From the IMG/VR virus record IMGVR_UViG_3300025536_000009, positions 1-34,008 of that record: DNA of 34,008 nucleotides; one strand, 5' to 3'. Shown piece after piece: positions 13,613 to 21,327 of the stretch; within the stretch, counting starts at the first letter, position 1, and each line of letters opens with the position of its first letter. The stretch is from a virus. A program made the translations under genes and the position numbers. The notes below the pieces were generated by a model that did no database searches, had not been told where the DNA came from, and saw only the letters and a list, made by a program, of their open reading frames with translations.

Positions 13613-15019
13613 TTATAGTCCAAGCTTTGCAAGCAACTTCTGGAATGCATCCTTCAGCCACTTCACAATGCTATGGATCTCTTTGATCATATCATCAACC
13701 GGCATGTCTGGATCTTCAGGAAGCGGTGCAGGTGGCTCAGTAGAGACCGGCTTGATGTCCAAGTCTACCAGTCTGAGACCTCTTGCAGCCTTCAGATCAG
13801 TGCTGCTCTTGGTGATCAAGAACTTCTGACCGTGCCATTCAGTTGATGAAGCAATGTCAATCTCTGTTCCCTTTGGAATAACCTTCACGGTGGATCCGTC
13901 AATCAGGTTCACAAGGTCAGCATCAACACGGGCATACATCTTCACATCTTCAATGTCTTCCCAATTCTTCAACCATTCAGGTTCCGGCTCTTCTCTTGGT
14001 GGTTCAGGATCAACTGGATCCGGTGCCGGTACACCAACATCAGTCTTCAGCACGCCGTTTGGCATGGCATTGTCTGCTGCATAGTTGCTGATCAGGTATT
14101 CTTTGCCACTCACGGTGGTCATCTTCTTGAAGTCAATCCATGTTCCTTGAGGAATAGGAGTGCCCACCGTCTTGCCGGTGTCATTCAAGTTATAGATTGG
14201 AGCAACCGGCTGCAGGACCATCAGCTTGACCGGCTGAATATCCTTCAGATTCTGCTGCCATTCAGGTGTTGGTGGAACAGGTGGAACCAAGTCAGTGGCA
14301 ATGAAGCCTGCTGCACGGTCCTGATCCATAGCACTCTTGGTCAGATAGATGTCAAAGTCACCAATCCGGGACTTGCCGGTGATCTGCATTGGCGTTCCTT
14401 TGGTGAACTCCTTGATGACCGGACCCCAAAGGTTGTCCAGATTCCTCAATGGAACACCGTCATGGTGGACCACAAGGTTGAGTTCAGGGATAGCTTGACG
14501 CTTCTGCTTCCACTCAGGGATCTGAGGTGGTGGTGGCGTGCCATACTTCTGTTGCCATACGATCTTGGCACGTCTCATGACTTCATTCCAGTCAATAGGA
14601 TTGCACCCGGTAGGGAACCAATTCTTGTGAGGAAGCCACTGAAGGTTGTGGTAGCCTTTGTCAGCAATGTATTCAGCAAGAGTTGCCATCACATTCTCTG
14701 CAGCCTGACCGCCGGTGGTGATCCGGGGATCACACTCAATTGCAAACGTGTATGGATTGGCGTTGTTGGTACACCATGCAGTGTCACCGTCACGGACCAT
14801 CTCAGTGACAAGTCCTGCAGATACTACTGCATGAGCTGAAGCCTGACGTGCAGGATTCAGGAAGGTGTTGACTACACCGCTATGAGATGGACCCCGTGAA
14901 GGATCATCCCACCAGTGACCGGCACCAAATTGAATAGTTCTTGGTCTCCCATAGAACGCTTGAGTTTGACTGCCCGGTGTGAAGTTAGGAGAAGCTCTCC
15001 ATTCTTTTTGATACCCCAT
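13613..15019 (-). CDS. Endolysin: N-acetylmuramoyl-L-alanine amidase (PGRP/Amidase_2-like) with three SH3b-like wall-binding repeats and a C-terminal amphipathic helix
   Basis: N-terminus ..GAGHWWDDP..ASAHAVVSAG..TAWCTNNANPYTFAIECDP. Three ~75-aa modules, each starting P-EW and separated by Pro-rich linkers. Tail MIKEIHSIVKWLKDAFQKLLAKLGL. Confidence 0.8.
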   Translation of the reverse strand: MGYQKEWRASPNFTPGSQTQAFYGRPRTIQFGAGHWWDDPSRGPSHSGVVNTFLNPARQASAHAVVSAGLVTEMVRDGDTAWCTNNANPYTFAIECDPRITTGGQAAENVMATLAEYIADKGYHNLQWLPHKNWFPTGCNPIDWNEVMRRAKIVWQQKYGTPPPPQIPEWKQKRQAIPELNLVVHHDGVPLRNLDNLWGPVIKEFTKGTPMQITGKSRIGDFDIYLTKSAMDQDRAAGFIATDLVPPVPPTPEWQQNLKDIQPVKLMVLQPVAPIYNLNDTGKTVGTPIPQGTWIDFKKMTTVSGKEYLISNYAADNAMPNGVLKTDVGVPAPDPVDPEPPREEPEPEWLKNWEDIEDVKMYARVDADLVNLIDGSTVKVIPKGTEIDIASSTEWHGQKFLITKSSTDLKAARGLRLVDLDIKPVSTEPPAPLPEDPDMPVDDMIKEIHSIVKWLKDAFQKLLAKLGL

Positions 15020-15043
15020 GTGATTGATCTCCTTTGTGATCCT

Positions 15044-15052
15044 ATTATACCA
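15044..15052 (-). promoter_or_regulatory. Extended -10 box (TGgTATAAT) directly after the upstream stop codon, ahead of the endolysin
   Basis: Plus strand attataccа-equivalent attatacca at 15044-15052, which reads tggtataat on the minus strand. Confidence 0.4.
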
Positions 15053-15055
15053 CTC

Positions 15056-15865
15056 TTAGCATATACGGATTGGAAGAAGCAGATTGGCTTGGAGATCCAA
15101 GCCGGTTGCCCGGCAAAGGGCAGAGTCATTGTCAGCAGTTGACCCTTGTTCAACTTGCTGCTGAGTCTCATTGGTCTCAACAAGATTGGTCCGGTTGCCA
15201 CCATTTTCATTGTTGTCAAGATTCACGGCACCGGGAGATCCCTGCACCGAAGGAAGTCCGGGGCTTGTTGATTCACTGCTGCTGCCGGGAAGCGTGCCAC
15301 CGTCTTGAGGTATCTTCAGACCATCCTCATCAGGGTTGACTCCTTCAGGCAGGTATACTTCAAAGCTCTCAGTCTCAAAGCATTCTGTCACGGTACGATC
15401 AAGAGCAAACTCTGCTTGATAACAGATCCGGAAGTGGTACTTGCCGGGGTTCAAGTTTGGTGGAAGCAGCACTTCAACCACAAAGGCTCCCGGTCCTGCC
15501 GGACGGTTGCTCAATGAAGCACTCAATGGAATGGTCTGACCATTCACAATGTTCCTGATAACGGTGATGGTGTCGTCAGTGTGGCGTTGAGTCTTGATGT
15601 CATACTTGGCATATTGCCCGGCTTGGACACGCTCAGTGAGCATTGGGATCTTGCCCTTGTCAGTCAGGTTGGTGACATCTATGACGTTGAACGGGAAGAA
15701 CTTTGCATAAGCAACATAGCCAACTATCAAAAGAATCACCATCAGGTTGATGATGTCAATGAGCCTTATCTGACGGACCACTTGGTGAGTCTCCCCGTTA
15801 CTTACTGTCTGATGATCTGACCGTTTCACTAAGCTTCTCACCTTCTTCTTTATTGATCCGAACAT
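15056..15865 (-). CDS. Signal-anchored protein, 269 aa, with a beta-rich ectodomain and an S/G/N-rich tail (lysis accessory or exclusion protein; unknown)
   Basis: ATG 15865 after ggagaggtgg; the track start at 15889 is a TTG. TM helix LIDIINLMVILLIVGYVAYAKFF. Confidence 0.6.
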   Translation of the reverse strand: MFGSIKKKVRSLVKRSDHQTVSNGETHQVVRQIRLIDIINLMVILLIVGYVAYAKFFPFNVIDVTNLTDKGKIPMLTERVQAGQYAKYDIKTQRHTDDTITVIRNIVNGQTIPLSASLSNRPAGPGAFVVEVLLPPNLNPGKYHFRICYQAEFALDRTVTECFETESFEVYLPEGVNPDEDGLKIPQDGGTLPGSSSESTSPGLPSVQGSPGAVNLDNNENGGNRTNLVETNETQQQVEQGSTADNDSALCRATGLDLQANLLLPIRIC

Positions 15866-16028
15866 GTTTGTCAACCACCTCTCCTGCAATTTTCCTATTA
15901 GCCACCACTTCCTTGTGGATCTCTTTGGTAAGCTTCAGACCTTCCTTGATATTGGCATGGCTTGAACGTCCCTGAATAAATAATAGCAGGAGTAGCACTA
16001 TTAGCACTAGGACTATGAAGGTCATCAT
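15798..16028 (-). CDS. Small N-terminally anchored membrane protein, 76 aa
   Basis: MMTFIVLVLIVLLLLLFIQG; ATGATGA overlap with the upstream gene. Confidence 0.6.
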   Translation of the reverse strand: MMTFIVLVLIVLLLLLFIQGRSSHANIKEGLKLTKEIHKEVVANRKIAGEVVDKHVRINKEEGEKLSETVRSSDSK

Positions 16029-16291
16029 GATTGCTTCTCCCCACCACGCTTGGCATCACGGAGTTCCAGATCATGCCGGAGATCAGTAATAGCAGTGGTG
16101 CTTGTAATAGCCACGTCAATCATCCTGTCTCTGTCTTTTTCTGCCTGCATTCTGAGCACCTCTTCCTTTTTGGTATCTTCCTTGAGGTGTTCTTCAAAGC
16201 GTTTGCCGTCCCTTTGCCACAAGTAGAGTGCAGCAAAAGCAACGATACCGCCAAGACCGAACTTTGCAAACTCAGGAAGTAGTTGTTCCAT
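16025..16291 (-). CDS. Small membrane protein with a charged coiled tail, 88 aa (holin-like or lysis regulator)
   Basis: FAKFGLGGIVAFAALYLW TM helix followed by a K/E/D/R-rich helix. First gene after the 16372 promoter box. Confidence 0.55.
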   Translation of the reverse strand: MEQLLPEFAKFGLGGIVAFAALYLWQRDGKRFEEHLKEDTKKEEVLRMQAEKDRDRMIDVAITSTTAITDLRHDLELRDAKRGGEKQS

Positions 16292-16371
16292 ATCAATTAT
16301 GCTCCCTGTTTGTCAATAGAGAAGTAACAATTCTCACTAAACTGCTTGTGCATTGGTCCATTCATGTCTTG

Positions 16372-16380
16372 ATTATAGCA
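16372..16380 (-). promoter_or_regulatory. Extended -10 box TGcTATAAT directly after the stop of the 16381-16806 gene
   Basis: Plus strand attatagca, which reads tgctataat on the minus strand. An 80-nt untranslated gap follows before ATG 16291. Confidence 0.45.
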
Positions 16381-16806
16381 TCAACGTGCTAGTGTATATT
16401 CAACAAAGGCAATAGGCACCTTCATTCCCGGAGTGAAGTTGAAGGATCCAAAGCCATTCACTGTCAGGTAGACCGTCACCACATTGTTGACAATCTTATA
16501 ATTCACCTTGTAGTAGTACAGAGAAGAGACCGGGTGATTGAACACCAGATAGTCAAGGGACTGCTCAACCGGCTGCCACTTGTCATGGTATTGGCTGTCA
16601 AGATACCGGAAGTATTTTGCATAGTCAGTGCCATAAACAAAGAGCTGCACAAAGTCAGTGTCATCAGCAAGCGTGAAGGTGAAGCTCTTGGTCTGCACGG
16701 ACCCGGTGCTTGATACGAAGAAGTCAAACTCATGCCGGTGCACGCCGTTATTCTTGAAGGCGTTGAACTCACTGGACATCACGATCAGGTCAGGATCTAC
16801 ACTCAT
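16381..16806 (-). CDS. Hypothetical beta-rich protein, 141 aa (tail-distal cluster)
   Basis: ATGA coupling with the upstream gene; aromatic-rich; no recognisable motif. Confidence 0.65.
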   Translation of the reverse strand: MSVDPDLIVMSSEFNAFKNNGVHRHEFDFFVSSTGSVQTKSFTFTLADDTDFVQLFVYGTDYAKYFRYLDSQYHDKWQPVEQSLDYLVFNHPVSSLYYYKVNYKIVNNVVTVYLTVNGFGSFNFTPGMKVPIAFVEYTLAR

Positions 16807-17210
16807 ATGATCTCCAATCCGAAGTCCTTATATATCACCCAATACACGGGGAAGTCAGCGTTCTGCAAGGAGTCATTCACAAAGTAGAGAGTGATTGTAA
16901 GATTGACATCATCTGCTTCAGCTGTCAGGGTTGGTGCTGAATCAGTGAAGTTCACAAAGTCATTGACCGGTGAGCTGAACACATAGTCAGTGTCATGCAT
17001 GATAGGGTAGAGCTTGCCGTCCTGATATGGCTCATAGAATGCCCGGAAGAATGGAGTGTAGCCAAGAGCGTGGTTGATGACAAGCTCACGGATCCAGACG
17101 TTCCCAAAGTATTGAGAGACGTTTGGACCCTTCATGACGGTGCTCCCACTTGAGGGATCACGCTTCATGAAGTTCCTGTCAGACCGGAAGAGTATGCCGT
17201 CACCAATCAT
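16803..17210 (-). CDS. Hypothetical beta-rich protein, 135 aa (tail-distal cluster)
   Basis: ATGA coupling at both ends. Confidence 0.65.
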   Translation of the reverse strand: MIGDGILFRSDRNFMKRDPSSGSTVMKGPNVSQYFGNVWIRELVINHALGYTPFFRAFYEPYQDGKLYPIMHDTDYVFSSPVNDFVNFTDSAPTLTAEADDVNLTITLYFVNDSLQNADFPVYWVIYKDFGLEII

Positions 17211-17608
17211 AGTATATTGTCCAATACATACTTGATTCTGAAGTTCACTGCCACCAGATAATAGTGAGTGAAGAAGAACTGGATCTCATCCTCATCAATG
17301 CAGCAGCCAACGGTTGCACCGGTCCGTCCTTCCGGAACCGGGTTGCCGGGGTTGTAGAGTGTAGCCTTCTGAGGGTAGTAGTTCACGCCGTCAATGGACC
17401 ACTTCATGTTGATGAATGCCTTCTTGCCAATAGGATTGGGGATGGTCAGGATGTCAGTCTTTGGCATGACAAAGCCACCGCTGTCATAGGATGCTGCAAC
17501 GGTGTGCTCAATAGGAGTCTCAGTCTGCTCAAAGAGAATCTTATCAATAGGGTATAAGCTCATGAAGGACATCAAGTCCTTGACTGCTAGTGGATCAATT
17601 GAAGACAT
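17207..17608 (-). CDS. Hypothetical beta-rich protein, 133 aa (tail-distal cluster)
   Basis: Overlaps its neighbours (14 nt and 4 nt). Confidence 0.65.
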   Translation of the reverse strand: MSSIDPLAVKDLMSFMSLYPIDKILFEQTETPIEHTVAASYDSGGFVMPKTDILTIPNPIGKKAFINMKWSIDGVNYYPQKATLYNPGNPVPEGRTGATVGCCIDEDEIQFFFTHYYLVAVNFRIKYVLDNIL

Positions 17609-17798
17609 CTAAGACATTGACCCCTTCTTTGCTGATGACAATTCCAATGGTGCCATCCGGAAGAAGACCAATGATCATTCTGACAATGCCGTTCTCATCA
17701 GCAACTAGGAAGCGGTTGTTGTCATACTCCATCCGGACCTGACCGTCCTTCACGGATTCCATCTTCTTGCCTTTGGAGCTTGTGCTAGTTATAGCCAT
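17595..17798 (-). CDS. Hypothetical protein, 67 aa
   Basis: ORF directly downstream of the fibre gene; RBS gaaggagcag. Confidence 0.6.
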   Translation of the reverse strand: MAITSTSSKGKKMESVKDGQVRMEYDNNRFLVADENGIVRMIIGLLPDGTIGIVISKEGVNVLDVFN

Positions 17799-17809
17799 GA
17801 CTGCTCCTT

Positions 17810-18382
17810 CTATATCTTGATGATATGATTCATCACCATGTAAGGTTGAAGGACGTTGAATGGAGTGGAGCTTCCTGCAGTGTCACAATTTCCTGAGACA
17901 ACACGGAAGGCAGAGCCACCCTGATTGATAGATGCCGGGCTGTCACCAGAGCCACCCCTCACCCACTGATTCTGACCACCACCAATTGAGTGAGAGTGTG
18001 TTGCCATCTCTGCAGTAGTCTGAGTGTGAGCCTTCTCACCACCTGTCTCACCGATCACATCAAACTCTGTCTGAGCAGCATCACGTCCAACGATCACACG
18101 CCCCTTCAAGTTTGGCAGGTTGAACGTGGTGGATCCGTTACCTGATCCATAAGTGGTTCCGATAATTGCAAACAGTGCAGCATAAGTTGTCCGGCTGACG
18201 GCTGATCCGTCACATAGAAGCCATCCAGTAGGAGCTGAAGAACCGGCAAACTGAGTCACCTCACCAACCGGTGCAGCCTGAATGATCCTTGAATCAAAGT
18301 CTGCATCATTGCCCCATAGTTTGTTCCACTTTGCAGTGGTTGGAACCTCACCTGCCGTGAATGTATCTGCTGAATATGCCAT
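17810..18382 (-). CDS. Tail fibre protein with a phage tail-collar domain
   Basis: VGEVTQFAGSSAPTGWLLCDGSAVSRTTYAALFAIIGTTYGSGNGSTTFNLPNLKGRV..GGEKAHTQTTAEMATHSH...NVLQPYMVMNHII matches the collar-domain signature as I know it. Confidence 0.75.
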   Translation of the reverse strand: MAYSADTFTAGEVPTTAKWNKLWGNDADFDSRIIQAAPVGEVTQFAGSSAPTGWLLCDGSAVSRTTYAALFAIIGTTYGSGNGSTTFNLPNLKGRVIVGRDAAQTEFDVIGETGGEKAHTQTTAEMATHSHSIGGGQNQWVRGGSGDSPASINQGGSAFRVVSGNCDTAGSSTPFNVLQPYMVMNHIIKI

Positions 18383-18383
18383 A

Positions 18384-19334
18384 TTATTTCACCTTCCTAA
18401 GAATGAATTGATCCACTTTGTAGCCGTCCTTGACCTTTGTCACCGGCTTCTTATATCCGGTTGCTTCAATGTGTCTCTTAACCTCTACTATATCAGAGTT
18501 GGTTATGCTTGACATCACATGATCTTCAGCAATGACCTCAGTCTCAGGCACGGACCAACGTGTGTCCAGACACTGAATGAATTGCTCAATCTCAGGACGT
18601 TCAGGCTCATCAAAGGCAGCCGGTCCAACATACTTTGGATCCTTATATTTTGGAACTGCCGGTGCACCCGGATCATCCGGACCAATGTTCATGTCATTGA
18701 GCTTCTTATCAAAGGCAGCAATCTGCTTCTCATGAGTGGCAATGGCTTTGTCCACCTTCTTCTGATGAGCAGCCTTTGCCTTCTCAACCTTGCCTTGATA
18801 GACGGCAAAAGCCTTCTCTCTCTTGGCATAGAACTTGGACCAATCATCAACAAAGTTTGGTGCCTGCAGTGGGATGTTGCACTGATAACCAACAACGCCG
18901 TCAAGCCGTGTCCGGGTTGAAGCAAGCCGGTTGCCCACTGCAACAATGAAGCGTCCGTCCCAATGAACTTTGGGAGAGTTCTTCAAGGTCTTGTGCTTCA
19001 CTTCAAGAGCAATGACTTCATTATGGTTAGGGCAGACAACTTCTTCCACCTCAGAACAGTTCTCCTTGTACCAGTCCATCAGACCGGCAAGCTCATCCTC
19101 ACCAACATGAGTCAGCCGTCTCTTCACTTCATTGTTTTGGTTCCGATCAACAAAGCCTTTGAGGATTGCAGGTGTGGCATCCTGAAGATCCCTCAGCTCT
19201 TTGTTGCTGAAGTAGTCTGCAAGAATCTCAATGCCCAAGTCATCAAGATATGACAGTTGATCTTCCGTGAAGTAGTTGCTCAACCGTTCATTGATTATCT
19301 TTTGTGCTTCTTTGCTTCTGCTTTTGGTCTCCAT
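18384..19334 (-). CDS. Hypothetical protein, 316 aa, between the tail-tip and fibre genes (fibre-proximal part or moron; unknown)
   Basis: Central K/A-rich coiled coil. Own TGaTATAAT box at 19355-19363 and RBS aaggagaac. Confidence 0.65.
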   Translation of the reverse strand: METKSRSKEAQKIINERLSNYFTEDQLSYLDDLGIEILADYFSNKELRDLQDATPAILKGFVDRNQNNEVKRRLTHVGEDELAGLMDWYKENCSEVEEVVCPNHNEVIALEVKHKTLKNSPKVHWDGRFIVAVGNRLASTRTRLDGVVGYQCNIPLQAPNFVDDWSKFYAKREKAFAVYQGKVEKAKAAHQKKVDKAIATHEKQIAAFDKKLNDMNIGPDDPGAPAVPKYKDPKYVGPAAFDEPERPEIEQFIQCLDTRWSVPETEVIAEDHVMSSITNSDIVEVKRHIEATGYKKPVTKVKDGYKVDQFILRKVK

Positions 19335-19354
19335 ATGTGTTCTCCTTGCTTATG

Positions 19355-19363
19355 ATTATATCA
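19355..19363 (-). promoter_or_regulatory. Extended -10 box TGaTATAAT directly after the tail-tip gene stop
   Basis: Plus strand attatatca, which reads tgatataat on the minus strand, 21 nt upstream of ATG 19334. Confidence 0.4.
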
Positions 19364-19364
19364 G

Positions 19365-20984
19365 TTATGGGGCAATGGCATCCAATCCACCAATCTGTGA
19401 GGACTCAATTGTGAAGAATTGTTGGAATAGCAACGCTTCACGGTACTCAAAGACAAGCTTCTGATGCAGGATCTTGCCCATATTCATCTTCAATTCACTG
19501 CCAACAACTACTGCATAGCGTGGATCCACCTCAATGTCATCCACCCGGAGCGTCACAACGTCACCATATTGGTGTGAAGGATCCCCAAAGACGGTGCCTG
19601 CAAGCTGCTGTTCCGGGTCTGCATACTGATCAACCTGCAGGGATGCCAATGATTGAGCGGTTGCAGCGTCTTGGATCCAGTCATTGTTGATCTCAATAGG
19701 CTCACCGTTGTTGGATTCAGGGTTGATGCCATACTTCTCAATAGAGTCAGCATCCTTTGATTCAACCGTGATCCGGTCAGTGACCTTTGCCGGGGTTCCA
19801 TGAATCTCCATTCCGGTGATGTATACGCTATATGCTGCAGTGTTTGAGAACTCCACAAAGGCAACGTCACCAACCAAGCTGATGTCAGTCATGGTGATGA
19901 AGACATTGCCGGGAGCACCGGTTCCATCTTGAGCTTCATTGGTCTCATAATAGGAGCGGTTCAGATCATCCCGATCTGCTATATATACGGGATCCATTAT
20001 GCTTGTGACAGGCAGCGGTCCATCATCATCTTCAAACTGGACCGGCAGTGTGATGGTCTGACCGGCTTTGATCTCAACGGAGTTTGCCAATTGATAGACG
20101 GGTTGCATGGCAGCAATGGCACGGGGCTTTGCATTCACTATCACCCAATTGATGATTGGAGTATCTGACCACTCAAGATCCACAAGGTTGGTGTAGTCAT
20201 ACTCTGCAGCCGGTCCATCAAAGCCAAGACCTGCATAGTGCTGCCGGTTCCAGAAGTGAATGATGCCCTGCTCATCAGCAAAGATCACACCCTGTTCAGC
20301 TTCACATATCTTCTGGAATACCTGAGCAACGGTCATGCCACTCATAGTGACAAAGCCGGGAGCAGTCTGCAGGGAGACTTCAAGATCATACTGAGAGGAT
20401 GAGAATCCAAGCTCAGTCAGAATGTCAGCAATGATCTCATGGAAGTAGTACCCCTCATAGCTCTTCACGGGAGTCTCCACATTGGTGAAGTAGTCAATCA
20501 CGTCATAGGCGTGCATTGTGAGCTTCTGCCCCATCAGGGACGTTCTTGGACGGTCAGTGAAGCCAACAAACTGCTGCAGATTCTCACCATCAAAGCCTGC
20601 AGAGATCTTGATTGGTCTCCTGTTCTTGTTCACAAAGGATCCAATAGTGGGATCAAAGCCGGGAATATACCGCTTGTCAGTGTTGTCCAACTCCACATCA
20701 GCCTGAGCAGAGAACACACCAAAGGGAGTCACACTGCTCATCCGTGTGATGCTTATATCATTGACGTGCCCGGTCTCTTCTTGGAAGTTATACTTGTCAA
20801 AGAAGGTGACATCCTCACCGGCACCCTTGATGAAGTCATTGCCTTCAATGGCAGAGGTGCCAATCTGGAAGAAGGTGGCAGTGCCCTCATAGATCTTGTC
20901 CCATGCAACAAGAAGACCAAACGTCACATCATTGACGGTTGCATCTGCTGCTGCTTGGAATGCTGCTGATGATGGAATTGACAT
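19365..20984 (-). CDS. Tail-tip/minor tail protein, 539 aa
   Basis: Assigned by position (second gene after the tape measure) and size only. Confidence 0.55.
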   Translation of the reverse strand: MSIPSSAAFQAAADATVNDVTFGLLVAWDKIYEGTATFFQIGTSAIEGNDFIKGAGEDVTFFDKYNFQEETGHVNDISITRMSSVTPFGVFSAQADVELDNTDKRYIPGFDPTIGSFVNKNRRPIKISAGFDGENLQQFVGFTDRPRTSLMGQKLTMHAYDVIDYFTNVETPVKSYEGYYFHEIIADILTELGFSSSQYDLEVSLQTAPGFVTMSGMTVAQVFQKICEAEQGVIFADEQGIIHFWNRQHYAGLGFDGPAAEYDYTNLVDLEWSDTPIINWVIVNAKPRAIAAMQPVYQLANSVEIKAGQTITLPVQFEDDDGPLPVTSIMDPVYIADRDDLNRSYYETNEAQDGTGAPGNVFITMTDISLVGDVAFVEFSNTAAYSVYITGMEIHGTPAKVTDRITVESKDADSIEKYGINPESNNGEPIEINNDWIQDAATAQSLASLQVDQYADPEQQLAGTVFGDPSHQYGDVVTLRVDDIEVDPRYAVVVGSELKMNMGKILHQKLVFEYREALLFQQFFTIESSQIGGLDAIAP

Positions 20985-20985
20985 G

Positions 20986-21327
20986 CTATACCTCTCTCAA
21001 GGTGACAGTCAGATCCCTCAAGAATGTTCCACCACCAAGATACTCTGAAGCATTCAACGGGAGATCCGGGATCCCCACAAAGTCAAACGATCCAAAGGAA
21101 GAGTCAGTGTTGGTGAACGTCACCTCATCACCATCACCAAACATTGCCTGTAATGCTTGGAACTCAGACGGCTCCAACATGGTCCAGATCATAGTGGCAT
21201 ACTTCTTTTTGGCTCTTCTGTTCCGCTGCCGGTTGCCTGCAAGTGAGATGTTGTCAGTGAAGAACTGATCATAGTTGTCATCATAGCCTGAAGGATCCGG
21301 GACCGGTGTTCCATTTATAGTGATCAT
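20986..21327 (-). CDS. Small distal/minor tail protein, 113 aa
   Basis: ATGA-coupled to the tape measure stop. Position is analogous to lambda gpM-type proteins. Confidence 0.5.
   Translation of the reverse strand: MITINGTPVPDPSGYDDNYDQFFTDNISLAGNRQRNRRAKKKYATMIWTMLEPSEFQALQAMFGDGDEVTFTNTDSSFGSFDFVGIPDLPLNASEYLGGGTFLRDLTVTLREV

Noticed and set aside
13854-14839. Plus-strand ORFs 13854-14084 and 14147-14839, antisense to the endolysin
   Set aside because: The opposite frame encodes a recognisable amidase with repeats. These ORFs have shadow-frame composition and no RBS.
19655-19667. tgagcggttgca, partial match to the AGCGGTTGCGATAT cassette core, inside the tail-tip gene
   Set aside because: No -10 or -35 elements follow or precede it, and it lies within a CDS on the opposite strand. 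It is probably coincidental.
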